Origin: an uncultured bacterium
Lineage (GTDB): Bacteria; Electryoneota; RPQS01
Assembly (NCBI GenBank): GCA_963735175.1
Contig: CAVTJX010000016.1
Span: 603,968 to 667,967, forward strand
Length of the DNA: 64,000 nt
Direction: 5' to 3'
A program made the position numbers and the translations under genes. Each line of letters opens with the position of its first letter. Positions within the stretch are counted from its first letter, which is position 1. The notes beneath the pieces were generated by a model. The model did no database searches, was not told the origin of the DNA, and saw nothing but the letters and a program-made list of their open reading frames with translations. Shown piece after piece: positions 31,402 through 43,766 of the stretch.

Positions 31402-31989
31402 CTATTTCCGGCCGCTGTAGAGATCCGGCCCGGGTTCGTTCAAACGCACGCGCGGCGCATTCACGCCCAGGGCTGAAACATCCAGCGTGTACCCTTTGCC
31501 CAGCGGGCAAGTCGTGCTTTCATTCAGAGGACCGAAGCGGATCGGCGGATTGCTCCAGCCGCTCTTTGTCGCATAAGCGACCGACACCGACGGCTTGACA
31601 TCCGTGCCCGGACAGCCACTTCGCGAGGAGCGGACCAGAAACGAATCCTGCCCCGTCAGTGTGTAGAGAACCTGTTGGGTCTCCCAGGGAATCTCCTGCG
31701 CGCCTGCCAGCGGCGGCGCGGGCTGCGATTGCCGGCCAACGTCGATGACCACACGATTGTCGGGCCAGGCAGCAGGATTCGTCGCCAGGACGAATTGCTC
31801 CGCGACCAGTGGATTTCCCAGATCGATTGTCACCCGTCGGGGAGCGTCCAACGGCCGCACCGCCGCCAGAAACCGCTCTACCGCCGCCGGATTTCCAACG
31901 TCGATCACTACGCGTTGCGGGCTGCTCGCCTGCGGGAACACGGCAGACACGAAACTGAGCATGGCCAAGAGACAAATCAAGCGCTTCAT
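31402..31989 (-). CDS. Secreted hypothetical protein with three short internal repeats
   Basis: Signal peptide MKRLICLLAMLSFVSAVFPQA. Repeats: RVVIDVGNPAAVERFLAAV, RVTIDLGNPLVAEQFVLAT and RVVIDVGRQ. No family recognised. Confidence 0.5.
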   Translation of the reverse strand: MKRLICLLAMLSFVSAVFPQASSPQRVVIDVGNPAAVERFLAAVRPLDAPRRVTIDLGNPLVAEQFVLATNPAAWPDNRVVIDVGRQSQPAPPLAGAQEIPWETQQVLYTLTGQDSFLVRSSRSGCPGTDVKPSVSVAYATKSGWSNPPIRFGPLNESTTCPLGKGYTLDVSALGVNAPRVRLNEPGPDLYSGRK

Positions 31990-32164
31990 GGCAGGAACCT
32001 CGTATGACTGTTCCTGTAGAAGGCAATCGCCGTGCCCACGACATAAAGCCGGATGCCGTTCCGTTTATCAGCCACTTGCGTCCGGCGATGCGGGCTGTGG
32101 CGCTTTTCCCCCTGTGCCCGCGTGTGCAGAGCGCACGAAAATTCATAGGCAAAGAGGGGCCGTA

Positions 32165-32210
32165 ATCATTAAAAACAAAACCTGAGAAAGCTGGAGAGCT
32201 TTCTCAGGTT
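32165..32210 (-). terminator. Rho-independent terminator of ftsH
   Basis: On the minus strand: AACCTGAGAAAGCT-CTCC-AGCTTTCTCAGGTT followed by TTTGTTTTT, 25 nt after the ftsH stop. Confidence 0.8.
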
Positions 32211-32234
32211 GCTATGCGTACTTGTAGTGTTCCT

Positions 32235-34274
<2,040 letters not shown>

Positions 34275-34276
34275 GC

Positions 34277-34912
34277 TTAAAAATCTACTCCACGCTGCGC
34301 CAGAATGCCTTTACGAAAGGCATGTTTGACTTCGCGCATTTCGGTCACTGTGTCGGCACGCTCGATGACTTCGGCGGGCGCGCCTCGTCCGGTCAGAATT
34401 AACGTCGTTGCCCGGGGACGGACATCCAGCAAGTCGAGGATTCCCGCCAGTGGAATCAACCCCAGGCTTAAAGCAATAAAGATCTCATCCAAAAACACCA
34501 GCCGGTAGTCGCCCGAAACCAGCTTATCGCGGGCAAACGCCAACGCCTCGCGCGCGGCTTGTTCATGTTCTGCCCGCGGCAGGTTGTCGTCAATAATGCC
34601 GACAAATCCCTTGCCCATGCGGTGAAATTCGACTTCGGGTTCCAGCCGCCGGATGCTCTTCAATTCGCCGTACATCCAGCTCCCCTTGATGAACTGGACA
34701 ATCAGGCACCGGTGGCCGTAACCGACCGCCCGTAGCACCGTCCCCAGCGCCGCGGTCGTTTTGCCCTTACCGTCACCGGTATTGACAAGCACAAGGCCCT
34801 GCACTTCGTCGGATTCGATGGGAAGTACGGCCTCGGTGGTCTGTGGCTTCTCGCTCACCACAAAATCCCCATGAGAAAATTCAAATTGTCGGGCGGGTAG
34901 GTATCTTGCCAT
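34277..34912 (-). CDS. cobO: Cob(I)yrinic acid a,c-diamide adenosyltransferase (CobA/CobO/BtuR family)
   Basis: GLVLVNTGDGKGKTTAALGTVLRAVGYGHRCLIVQFIKG...LVFLDEIFIALSLGLI...LILTGRGAPAEVIERADTVTEMREVKHAF. The annotated ATG overlaps the upstream gene by 58 nt, so a GTG near 34861 is a possible alternative start. Confidence 0.8.
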   Translation of the reverse strand: MARYLPARQFEFSHGDFVVSEKPQTTEAVLPIESDEVQGLVLVNTGDGKGKTTAALGTVLRAVGYGHRCLIVQFIKGSWMYGELKSIRRLEPEVEFHRMGKGFVGIIDDNLPRAEHEQAAREALAFARDKLVSGDYRLVFLDEIFIALSLGLIPLAGILDLLDVRPRATTLILTGRGAPAEVIERADTVTEMREVKHAFRKGILAQRGVDF

Positions 34913-35517
34913 CGGTCGGCCAGATCGGGACTAAGAAGGAACTGCGGTTCAAAAAAGGCGATGGCCTTATTTCCCATCGGCATCCGGTAGCCTGCCAAAA
35001 GAGTTATCCCGAACCATGTTGCCTTTTGCCGCAGACCGGACCCGTCTGCGCCCACTTCGCGGCGCGCGGACTGGCCCCAGCGCACGGCGGGGCCGCCCCC
35101 GAGATAGACACCGGTTCCGCTGGCAGACAATGAATAATCGAAATTCAAACCCAAGTCCAGTTCGCGGAAGGCCATACGGTCCGTTCGGGTGGCCCCGCAC
35201 GAATCACAGACCAGCGTGGTTGAAGTGGCGTCCATCCAGAAGTACTGGATGTACGGGGTCATTCCCGAGCGCGTTCCGATGGGTCGCCACAAGCGCAGGC
35301 CAACGGATGGTCCGCCCGTACCCGCCTGCGGATACCCTTCATCATGCCCGTTCCGACTCCACCAGGTACGGGTAAAACCCCATGTCAGACCACGATAAGA
35401 TCCGCGCGCGGCCCTGATCGCCGGATTCCCGCCTTCATCCTCCCCTTCTTGCGCCCCGGCTATGCCGGGCAACAGCCAAAGAGAAAGCAGACACAACAAC
35501 GCGATCCTGCGCAGCAT
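34855..35517 (-). CDS. Putative outer-membrane beta-barrel protein (hypothetical)
   Basis: Signal peptide MLRRIALLCLLSLWLLPGIAGA, alternating-polarity strands, and a terminal ...NFLMGILW with a C-terminal aromatic residue. Confidence 0.45.
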   Translation of the reverse strand: MLRRIALLCLLSLWLLPGIAGAQEGEDEGGNPAIRAARGSYRGLTWGFTRTWWSRNGHDEGYPQAGTGGPSVGLRLWRPIGTRSGMTPYIQYFWMDATSTTLVCDSCGATRTDRMAFRELDLGLNFDYSLSASGTGVYLGGGPAVRWGQSARREVGADGSGLRQKATWFGITLLAGYRMPMGNKAIAFFEPQFLLSPDLADRWQDTYPPDNLNFLMGILW

Positions 35518-35556
35518 AGCACCTCCCGTGCTGGTAGGGCATCCCGTGACGGCATG

Positions 35557-37026
35557 TCAGTAGGCCTTGGCAAACACAACGCGGCGGCGCGATTCCCCGC
35601 CTGTCAGCATGCAGCGCCCCGTCTCGGCGGGCGCGTCCAGTGGAATCACGCGAAGCGTAGCCTTTGTCTCTTCTTGAACACGTTTTTCATCATCCACGTT
35701 CCCGGCCCAGTGGACAAGTGCGAAACCCTGATCCGCGGCGATGAATTCCTTGAACTCGTCGTACGAGTTGATCTCTTTCGTGTTTTCCAGCATCCGCGTC
35801 TTGGCCCGGGCGTAGAGGTCGTTCTGGATCGAATCCAGCAGACCCGGGATTTCGGCCGCAGCCGCACTTAGCGGCAATGTGACCTTCTCGCGGGTGTGCC
35901 GCTTGGTGGCGATCAATTGTCCGGCTTCGAGGTCGCGTGGTCCCAGTTCGATGCGCAGCGGATATCCCGCCAGTTCGCTGTCGGCAAATTTGAAGCCGGG
36001 GGAGACATTTTCCCGGTCATCGACTTTGACACGCAAACCGCGGTCGTGCAATTCGCGGACGACCCGGTCCAGCGCTTCCATCACCCGCACGCGCTCTTCG
36101 GGCTTGCGGCAGATGGGCACCACGTAGACCGGCACTTGCGCCAGCTTCGGCGGAACGACCATGCCATCGTCGTCGGCATGCGACATGATCACCGCGCCCA
36201 CGAGCCGCGTCGACACGCCCCACGAGGTCGCCCACACGTAATCCAGTTCGTTCTTCTCGTTCTGGAACGTGACATCGAATGCCTTGGCGAAGTTCTGACC
36301 GAGGAAGTGACTCGTGCCCGCCTGCAGCGCCTTCAAGTCCTGCATCATGGCCTCGATGCAATAGGTCTCGACGGCGCCGGGGAACCGCTGGCCTTCGCTC
36401 TTCAGTCCGTGGATTACCGGCATCGCCATGTAGTTCTCGGCAAAGTCACGGTAGACGTGCAGCATCCGCTCGGTCTCTTCGATGGCTTCCTTGGCCGTGG
36501 CGTGGGCGGTGTGCCCTTCCTGCCAGAGGAATTCCGCCGTGCGCAAAAAGAGGCGCGTGCGCATTTCCCAGCGGTAAACGTTGGCCCACTGGTTGATCAG
36601 CAGCGGCAGGTCACGGTAGCTCTGAATCCAGTTTTTGTACATCGCCCAGATGATCGTTTCCGACGTGGGCCGGATCACAAAATTCTCTTCGAGCTTGCCC
36701 TTGGGACGGAGCTTGCCCTCGACGTCGGTTTTTTCGAGGCCCGAGTGCGTGACCACGGCGCACTCCATGGCAAAGCCTTCCACGTGGGCGGCTTCCTTTT
36801 CCATGAAGCTCTGCGGAATCAGCAGCGGGAAATAGGCGTTGACGTGGCCGGTGTCCTTGAACATCCGGTCGAGGTTCTGCTGGATGGACTCCCAGATAGC
36901 GTAGCCATTGGGACGGATCACCATGCAGCCTTTAACGGGCGAGTAATCGGCGAGCTTCGCTTCGCGGATCACGTCCACGTACCATTCCGAATAGTCTTTC
37001 GCGCGGGGCGTAATGTTCTTTGCCAA
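35557..37026 (-). CDS. proS: Prolyl-tRNA synthetase (archaeal/eukaryote-like type lacking the editing insertion)
   Basis: Intact 489-aa ORF: ...[24 protein letters not shown]...[12 protein letters not shown]...[26 protein letters not shown]...[14 protein letters not shown]... ending ...VVFAKAY. Confidence 0.93.
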   Translation of the reverse strand: MAKNITPRAKDYSEWYVDVIREAKLADYSPVKGCMVIRPNGYAIWESIQQNLDRMFKDTGHVNAYFPLLIPQSFMEKEAAHVEGFAMECAVVTHSGLEKTDVEGKLRPKGKLEENFVIRPTSETIIWAMYKNWIQSYRDLPLLINQWANVYRWEMRTRLFLRTAEFLWQEGHTAHATAKEAIEETERMLHVYRDFAENYMAMPVIHGLKSEGQRFPGAVETYCIEAMMQDLKALQAGTSHFLGQNFAKAFDVTFQNEKNELDYVWATSWGVSTRLVGAVIMSHADDDGMVVPPKLAQVPVYVVPICRKPEERVRVMEALDRVVRELHDRGLRVKVDDRENVSPGFKFADSELAGYPLRIELGPRDLEAGQLIATKRHTREKVTLPLSAAAAEIPGLLDSIQNDLYARAKTRMLENTKEINSYDEFKEFIAADQGFALVHWAGNVDDEKRVQEETKATLRVIPLDAPAETGRCMLTGGESRRRVVFAKAY

Positions 37027-37090
37027 GTGTCGAGTCCCAGAATGTTTATCGTGAATGCAAATTTCGTATCGTACCGGCGGCTAATCCGCC

Positions 37091-37132
37091 GTTCATCGTT
37101 CTTCGTTCATCGTTCTTCGTTCATCGTTCTTC
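37091..37132. repeat. Three exact tandem copies of a 14-bp unit (GTTCATCGTTCTTC)
   Basis: Copies at 37091-37104, 37105-37118 and 37119-37132, then a partial GTT. The array covers the last codons and the stop (37121-37123) of the M20 gene and the start of the gap before proS. Confidence 0.9.
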
Positions 37133-38387
37133 GTTGGCGTTGCTGTACATCGCCATCATCACCAGCACCCTTACGCCATACGGCAGCGCGTCCGGATGCA
37201 CGGTGAACCCCGGCTGATGCACACCCTCGCGGCCCAGCTTGTCTTTGGCGATACCCAGCGAGATAAACAGGCACGGGCACTGGGCGGTATAGAAGGCGAA
37301 ATCCTCGGCGGCCGTGGTGCGCAACACGGGAGCGACCGCGCCGCCCGGCCAGTCGCGGGCAAGTTGCGGCGCAATCTTGCCGTAGAGCGAGCTGTCGTTC
37401 ACCAGCGGCGGCGCGCCGGGAATAAAGCGGCAGTTCGCCACAAGCCCGTCAGCCTCGGCCTGCTGCGTCACAAACTCTTCAATCACGCGGCGCACCGCAG
37501 GACGATTGCCAAAGGGCTTGGTCAATGCTTTCGAACGAGCGGATCGTGCCGCCGATCTCCGCCGTATCGGGCAGCACGTTGGTGGCGCGCCCGGAATGAA
37601 ACGAGGTGAGACTGATGACGCAGGGCCGGTTGGCGACGTCCAGTTCGCGCGCGGGCAACGCCGAGAGGTCCGTCACCAGCTCCGCCGCGTGCAGCAGCAC
37701 GTCGTCGGTTTCCCAGGGCCGCGCCGCATGACCGCCCTCGCCCGTCAACAGAATCTTCAGCGTCGTGCTGCCGGCCATGATCGGTCCCACGGTGAGGCCG
37801 ATGCTCCCCACGGGCAGCCCGGGCCGCACGTGCTGCGCAAACATGCGCGCGATGCCCAACTCCTTCAGCATCCCCGCTTCCACGATGTCGTCCGCTCCGC
37901 CCGCGGTCTCTTCGGCGGGCTGAAACAGGAAAACGAGCTTGCCCGTGAGTTCCGCCTTCATCCCCATCAGCACTTCCGCCGCGCCTAGCAGCGCCGCCGT
38001 GTGCGCGTCGTGCCCGCAGGCGTGCATCCGCCCCGGCGTTTCCGAGGCGACGGCGTGCCCTTCCGCTTCCTGCACCGGCAGCGCATCCAGATCGGCGCGC
38101 AGTCCCGTTACGGGGCCTGGCTTACCGGTTTCCAGAATCGCCACCACCGCCGTCGGCAGCCCCTTCACCTCATAAAACGTCGCATACCCCATGCGCTCCA
38201 GCTCTGCCCGGACAAAGCGCGCGGTTTCGATTTCCTTCTTCCCCAGTTCCGGATGCCGGTGAAGCTGCTGATACGCCGCCAGCACACTGGCCTGCGTGTG
38301 ATCAATGGCCATATCCAGCGGGCTTGCGGCATCGGCAAACGAGCACAGCAACAGACCGCACAAGACTCCGGCGAGGGATCGTATCAC
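37121..38387 (-). CDS. M20D-family amidohydrolase / peptidase (one frame break near 37480-37525)
   Basis: Signal-like N-terminus, then ...YQQLHRHPELGKKEIETARFV...LRADLDALPV...MHACGHDAHTAALLGAA...FLFQPAEETAGGA (ORF 37479..38387). It continues in ORF 37121..37525. Confidence 0.8.
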
Positions 38388-38427
38388 GCTACTTCTTTCG
38401 CTTATTCCAACACCTATTTTGACAGCG

Positions 38428-38530
38428 GTAGGGGCGGGTCAAGCGCCGCTGCCCATTCCGCTTGGCCATCGAATATTCCCGCGCGACCCGCCCTCAAACG
38501 CAAACGGCTCTTGTCCCGCGCGACCCGCCC
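38428..38530. repeat. REP/REPIN-like element plus an extra half-site, downstream of the RAYT gene
   Basis: A 66-bp unit GTAGGGGCGGGTCAAGCGC...CCCGCGCGACCCGCCC (38428-38493), whose ends are inverted repeats (GGGCGGGTC / GACCCGCCC). A second CCCGCGCGACCCGCCC lies at 38515-38530. Confidence 0.75.
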
Positions 38531-38546
38531 TTTGACTCGCTGGCTT

Positions 38547-39091
38547 TCAACCGCTGGAAACGAATTCCCGATCCGCGGTCCACTGCGCCGGGTTGTTGGC
38601 GATATACCGGCAGGCTTCCAGATAGGCTTCGTGATTTCCCAGAATGCCGTCGTGAAAACTCCGCTGCCAAATCGTTCCCCCGCTCTTGCCACGTGAAACA
38701 GGGTAACGGGTCGGATAACAGGGCGGGTCGCGCGGGAAACAGGGTTCCGGTCCCCTGAAAACGGTAGCGCTTGACCCGCCCCTACCGCTTCCGAAAAACG
38801 GATTTCCAAATCGCAATCCGGCAGACTGTTCAGCGGGTAGAGCAGCAGGATCCCATACAGATGATTCGGCATGATAACATAATCTTCAACCCGAGCAGAT
38901 GGGAAATGCCGGGGGATCGCGAGCCATTGCAATTCCACCGCTTTCCCGATCTCGGACAGGACGATGCGGTCGTCCTGCACGGCTCCCAGAATGCAGTGCC
39001 GGTCCTTCGTGCAGATCGTAACGAAATAGCTGCCCGGCAATGAATAGTCGTAGCCCGCCTGCCGCGTCGGTTTTCGAGGTCGGTCCCGCAT
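38547..39091 (-). mobile_element. REP-associated tyrosine transposase (RAYT, IS200/IS605 Y1 family), apparently decayed
   Basis: MRDRPRKPTRQAGYDYSLPGSYFVTICTKDRHCILG...VEDYVIMPNHLYGILLL (ORF 38414..39241). After a frame change: ...GKSGGTIWQRSFHDGILGNHEAYLEACRYIANNPAQW (ORF 38547..38816). The HUH motif reads H-L-Y (TAT at 38855-38857). A REP copy lies inside the gene. Confidence 0.75.
38721..38785. repeat. Inverted-orientation copy of the same REP unit inside the RAYT reading frame
   Basis: GGGCGGGTCGCGCGGG...GCGCTTGACCCGCCCCTAC, the reverse complement of the 66-bp unit. On the minus strand it translates as ...AVGAGQALPFSGDRNPVSRATRP. Confidence 0.7.
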
Positions 39092-39148
39092 CCCTCTTTC
39101 CTCTACGTTGCTCCGGACACTCCTCCCCACGTTGCTCCCCACGAAGAC

Positions 39149-39214
39149 GTAGGGGCGGGTCAAACGCCACGAATTATTCCGGTTGGCTAACGCCTTCTCC
39201 CGCGCGACCCGCCC
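39149..39214. repeat. REP/REPIN-like element upstream of the RAYT gene
   Basis: GTAGGGGCGGGTCAAACGC...CCCGCGCGACCCGCCC. It has the same 66-bp architecture and orientation as the copy at 38428-38493. Confidence 0.75.
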
Positions 39215-39291
39215 TGCACCTCGCTGGCATGAATACGCCACAGCAACGCCATCGCATCGGTATTCGATTTCTGGAACGGCGTCATACCGCT

Positions 39292-39720
39292 TTACCGTGC
39301 TGCGATGATCGCTCCGGCCACGGCGGCGGAGGAAACCACGGCGCCGACAATGTAGGCCGTCTTATGCGAATTCTTCCACCCCGCGCGATAGCCGTTGCGG
39401 TAGCCGCTGTTGAACTCTTCAGAAGCGGCGATTGCCGGCTTGGCATCGCGGCGCGGCTCGACCACCCACGGCAGCCACAGCAGCGGTACATTGCCGAAAC
39501 CTGCGAAGAACCAGCCGACTTTGCCCGCATTGCCCTTGCCCGCCTTCACACCCTCTTCCCAGCCCTGCTCATGCTCGCCCATCAGCCGCGGCGGCGCGTT
39601 GCGCACGTCCACAGGTCGCGTCGGTTCCTGCATCTGCGCGAACAGGGGCGTGTAGGTCGGCTCCCATGCATAACAGAAGGAAGCCATGCACAACACGAAT
39701 CCAAACACGATGGCTTTCAT
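39292..39720 (-). CDS. Hypothetical membrane/secreted protein
   Basis: 142-aa ORF with signal peptide MKAIVFGFVLCMASFCYA, a hydrophobic WFFAGFGNVPLLWLPWVV segment and a C-terminal helix IVGAVVSSAAVAGAIIAA. No family recognised. Confidence 0.45.
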   Translation of the reverse strand: MKAIVFGFVLCMASFCYAWEPTYTPLFAQMQEPTRPVDVRNAPPRLMGEHEQGWEEGVKAGKGNAGKVGWFFAGFGNVPLLWLPWVVEPRRDAKPAIAASEEFNSGYRNGYRAGWKNSHKTAYIVGAVVSSAAVAGAIIAAR

Positions 39721-39763
39721 CAGATATTCCTCCGACAGAACTCAGGGTTTGTATGCAGAAGGT

Positions 39764-40752
<989 letters not shown>

Positions 40753-40771
40753 CGAGAGTCCTCCGTCCGGC

Positions 40772-42184
40772 CTACTTCAGCAGGACCAACTTCTGCACCA
40801 TGCGGCTCTTGCCAGATTGTAGCGCCGCAAAGTAGATCCCCGTACCCATATCCTGTGCATTCAGCGCGACCGTATGGGTTCCGGCAACAAAGTTATCGTC
40901 AACCAGCCTGCGTACTTCCCGCCCGAGAATGTCATGCAGCGTCAAGACAGCGTGACCCGCTTGCGGCAAAGTGAACGCGAGCACGCTTGATGCATTGAAC
41001 GGATTCGGGAAGGCGGAAAGGCTCAGCGCCACCGGGATCGCCGTCATGCACCGGTCCACAGCGCTTGGCCAGCCAACCCGCGTGGCAAAAAACTGCCAGG
41101 CTTCCGGGCCGTTGGGCTGGCCTTCTCCGATCCCGATATAACCGCCTGTCGCGGCTGGGAATACGTCCAAAACGAAGTTTGTGTAGAATGAATTGACGGT
41201 GACGCGCCAGATTTCAGTCCCGGTGGCATCGATTCCGAGGAGATTTGAATTCGCTGCCAATACAAACCCACCACCCTCACCTTGGCACACACTCGACGTC
41301 CAAAGGCTGCCATTCACTGCATACTCTCTATACCACAAGCTGTCACCGTTTTGCGAATACGCCGCCACAAAGAGCGCGCTTGGAGTCGAATAAACGAGAC
41401 CGGAAAGAATGTATGCTCCATTCGGCATCTCAAGCAGATCTGTTCCTTGCGCTGCGGGTACAGATCTCGTCCACAATACGGTCCCTGCACTGTCGGTCTT
41501 CGCCATGACTGCGTCAGGGTGGCCAGCCGCAATGATAAAACCCCCATCAAAGGTCTGCGCGATGGCGCTCACCCGAGAATCCAATCCTCCAGAGGTGAAA
41601 ACATGACGCCAGAGTTCATTCCCTTCAGCATCCGTCCTTATCAGAAAGCCGGTTTTATCAAACACATCGGAATTGCGAAAATGCATTCCGACCATTGCGT
41701 ACCCGCCGTCGCGGCAGACTGTGATTCCTAACACTTGGTTATCATCGAAGTTCCCGAGGGAAACCGGATTATACATTTTTAGCCACAGTCTGTCCCCGTC
41801 GGCGTCCGTTTCCATCAGCATGGGCAGTTTGCCGCCCGCGCTAACAAATACCATTCCTGCCATTACAAAGCCACCTGTAGGAATCAAAGCGACTGCACGG
41901 CAGTTCCACCCGGTGTCGTTTGACGCGGCACCAATCCACCGATCCCAAACAACACCTCCAGTTGCGTTCAAGCGCAACAATCGAATCTTCCGCATCCCCC
42001 ACCCGGAGTCACCGGCCATGACGCAGCCACCGTCAGGGAGCGCCAGCCCGGAATATCCTACGCCCTTTCCAGCATACAGCCGCGCCCATTGCACGCTGGG
42101 GGGTTGAGCAACCACCGGCCCCGCCAGCAACGCCACGAATACGACGCCAACCAACAATGTACATAACCGCCGGAGTCCGCTCAT
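40772..42184 (-). CDS. Secreted repeat (beta-propeller-like) protein with a T9SS C-terminal sorting domain
   Basis: ATG at 42184 after GGAGG. Signal peptide [26 protein letters not shown]. Recurrent DGG(F/Y)(V/I)(M/L)AG-type motifs. C-terminus [41 protein letters not shown]...[22 protein letters not shown]. The gene is visibly less GC-rich than its neighbours. Confidence 0.75.
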   Translation of the reverse strand: MSGLRRLCTLLVGVVFVALLAGPVVAQPPSVQWARLYAGKGVGYSGLALPDGGCVMAGDSGWGMRKIRLLRLNATGGVVWDRWIGAASNDTGWNCRAVALIPTGGFVMAGMVFVSAGGKLPMLMETDADGDRLWLKMYNPVSLGNFDDNQVLGITVCRDGGYAMVGMHFRNSDVFDKTGFLIRTDAEGNELWRHVFTSGGLDSRVSAIAQTFDGGFIIAAGHPDAVMAKTDSAGTVLWTRSVPAAQGTDLLEMPNGAYILSGLVYSTPSALFVAAYSQNGDSLWYREYAVNGSLWTSSVCQGEGGGFVLAANSNLLGIDATGTEIWRVTVNSFYTNFVLDVFPAATGGYIGIGEGQPNGPEAWQFFATRVGWPSAVDRCMTAIPVALSLSAFPNPFNASSVLAFTLPQAGHAVLTLHDILGREVRRLVDDNFVAGTHTVALNAQDMGTGIYFAALQSGKSRMVQKLVLLK

Positions 42185-42213
42185 TCTCGCCTCCGCGATT
42201 GGAAATAAGTTGC

Positions 42214-43635
42214 TTAGGCTCGTCCTAGGTAATGAATCGCGTGCCCGTGCGCCATCATCGCCGCTTCCATCACCGCCTCCGTCAGCGTCGGATGCGCGTG
42301 AATCGTGTTGTAGAGATCCGCCGCCGTCGCCTTCAGCGCCTTGGCGAGACACAGCTCGGCGATCATCTCCGTGGCTTCACTGCCCACGATATGCGCGCCG
42401 ATCAACTGGTCCGTGGCGTCGTCGAAAATCAGCTTCACAAAACCGTCCGTGTGCCCCGTGGCGTTGGCCTTGCCCGAGGCGGTGAACGGGAACTTGCCCA
42501 CCTTCACGGCGATGTTGTTGTCCTTGCAGTATTGCTCGCTGAAACCCACGCTCGCCACCTGCGGCTGGCAATAGGTACAGGACGGGATGGTCGTATAATC
42601 GAGCGGGTGCGGATTCTGCCCCGCGATCTGCTCCACGCAGATGATGCCTTCGTGCGAGGCCACATGCGCGAGCTGCGGCGGACCGATCACGTCGCCGATA
42701 GCGTAATAACCGGGCACGTTCGTGCGGTAGAACTCATCCACCTTGATAAAATTGCGCTCCAGCGCCACGCCGGTGGATTCAAATCCCCAGCCCGCGATGT
42801 TCGCGCCGAAGCCAATGGCGACAAGGCAAACGTCCGCCGAAAATTCCTGCGAGCCGTCCGCAGCCTTTGCCCGCACAGTCACGCGCTCGCCGGAAACGGT
42901 CACACTCTCCACCGGCGTCGAGACATGAATGTCGATGCCGAGCTTCTTCAGATAGCGCCCGAGGAACGTACTGCTTTCGGGATCTTCAATCGGCAGAATC
43001 CGCGGCAGCATTTCGATCACCGTGACTTTCGTTCCCAGCGCCGCGTAGAAGTAGGCGAACTCGATGCCGATGGCGCCGGCGCCGATGACCACCATCTCCT
43101 TGGGCTGCTCGGGCAGGATCATCGCCTCTTTGTAGGTGATGATCCGCTGGCCGTCGGGCGCGATCCCCGGAATGTTGCGGTTGGTGCTGCCCGTGGCGAT
43201 AATCATGTGCGTCCCGCGCACCGTGGTCGTCACCTGCCCCTGCGGGTCAACGACTTCCGCCGTGCGCTCGCCCACCATGCGGAAGCGGCCCGTCAACCGC
43301 TGCACGCCGAGCTTCTTCACCAGATATTCCACACCGCCGGAATTCTTTGTGGATACGCCGCGCGACCACGCGATGATCTTCGCCCAGTCCACGCCGTGCG
43401 TTTCGGCCAGAATGCCGAGCTGCGGCGCGAGGTGCTGCACGTCCTGATAGAATTCCGCCGTTTTCAAAAGGGCTTTGGAAGGGATGCAGCCCCAGTTGAC
43501 ACACACGCCGCCGAGCGGCTGCTCGTCAATGAGGGCCGCCTTCAAGCCGAGCTGCGCGGCGCGAATCGCCGCCACGTAGCCGCCGGGGCCTCCGCCCAGA
43601 ATCACAAGATCCAGATCCGTTACGGGATTCGCCAT
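42214..43635 (-). CDS. lpdA: Dihydrolipoyl dehydrogenase
   Basis: Intact 473-aa ORF: ILGGGPGGYVAAIRAAQLG...GGVCVNWGCIPSK (redox disulfide)...VVIGAGAIGIEFA...YAIGDV...HAHPTLTEA. Confidence 0.93.
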   Translation of the reverse strand: MANPVTDLDLVILGGGPGGYVAAIRAAQLGLKAALIDEQPLGGVCVNWGCIPSKALLKTAEFYQDVQHLAPQLGILAETHGVDWAKIIAWSRGVSTKNSGGVEYLVKKLGVQRLTGRFRMVGERTAEVVDPQGQVTTTVRGTHMIIATGSTNRNIPGIAPDGQRIITYKEAMILPEQPKEMVVIGAGAIGIEFAYFYAALGTKVTVIEMLPRILPIEDPESSTFLGRYLKKLGIDIHVSTPVESVTVSGERVTVRAKAADGSQEFSADVCLVAIGFGANIAGWGFESTGVALERNFIKVDEFYRTNVPGYYAIGDVIGPPQLAHVASHEGIICVEQIAGQNPHPLDYTTIPSCTYCQPQVASVGFSEQYCKDNNIAVKVGKFPFTASGKANATGHTDGFVKLIFDDATDQLIGAHIVGSEATEMIAELCLAKALKATAADLYNTIHAHPTLTEAVMEAAMMAHGHAIHYLGRA

Positions 43636-43693
43636 CTATCTACCTGTATTCATGTAATTTAATTTCGCAACTCAAAAGGTGACTTTGTCTGGC

Positions 43694-43722
43694 AATATAC
43701 CAAAGGCTTGCGAAACTCGCAA
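43694..43722 (-). promoter_or_regulatory. Candidate sigma-70 promoter for lpd, embedded in the trxB terminator hairpin
   Basis: The minus strand reads TTGCGA (43722-43717), 17 nt, TATATT (43699-43694), about 58 nt upstream of the lpd ATG. Confidence 0.35.
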
Positions 43723-43728
43723 GCCTTT
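43702..43728 (-). terminator. Hairpin terminator after trxB
   Basis: AAAGGCTTGCGA-GTT-TCGCAAGCCTTT, a 12-bp perfect stem 39 nt after the trxB stop. The T residues are partly inside the stem. Confidence 0.4.
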
Positions 43729-43766
43729 TAGCAGCCGTAACATTTTGGAACCACTACGGTTTCTGG

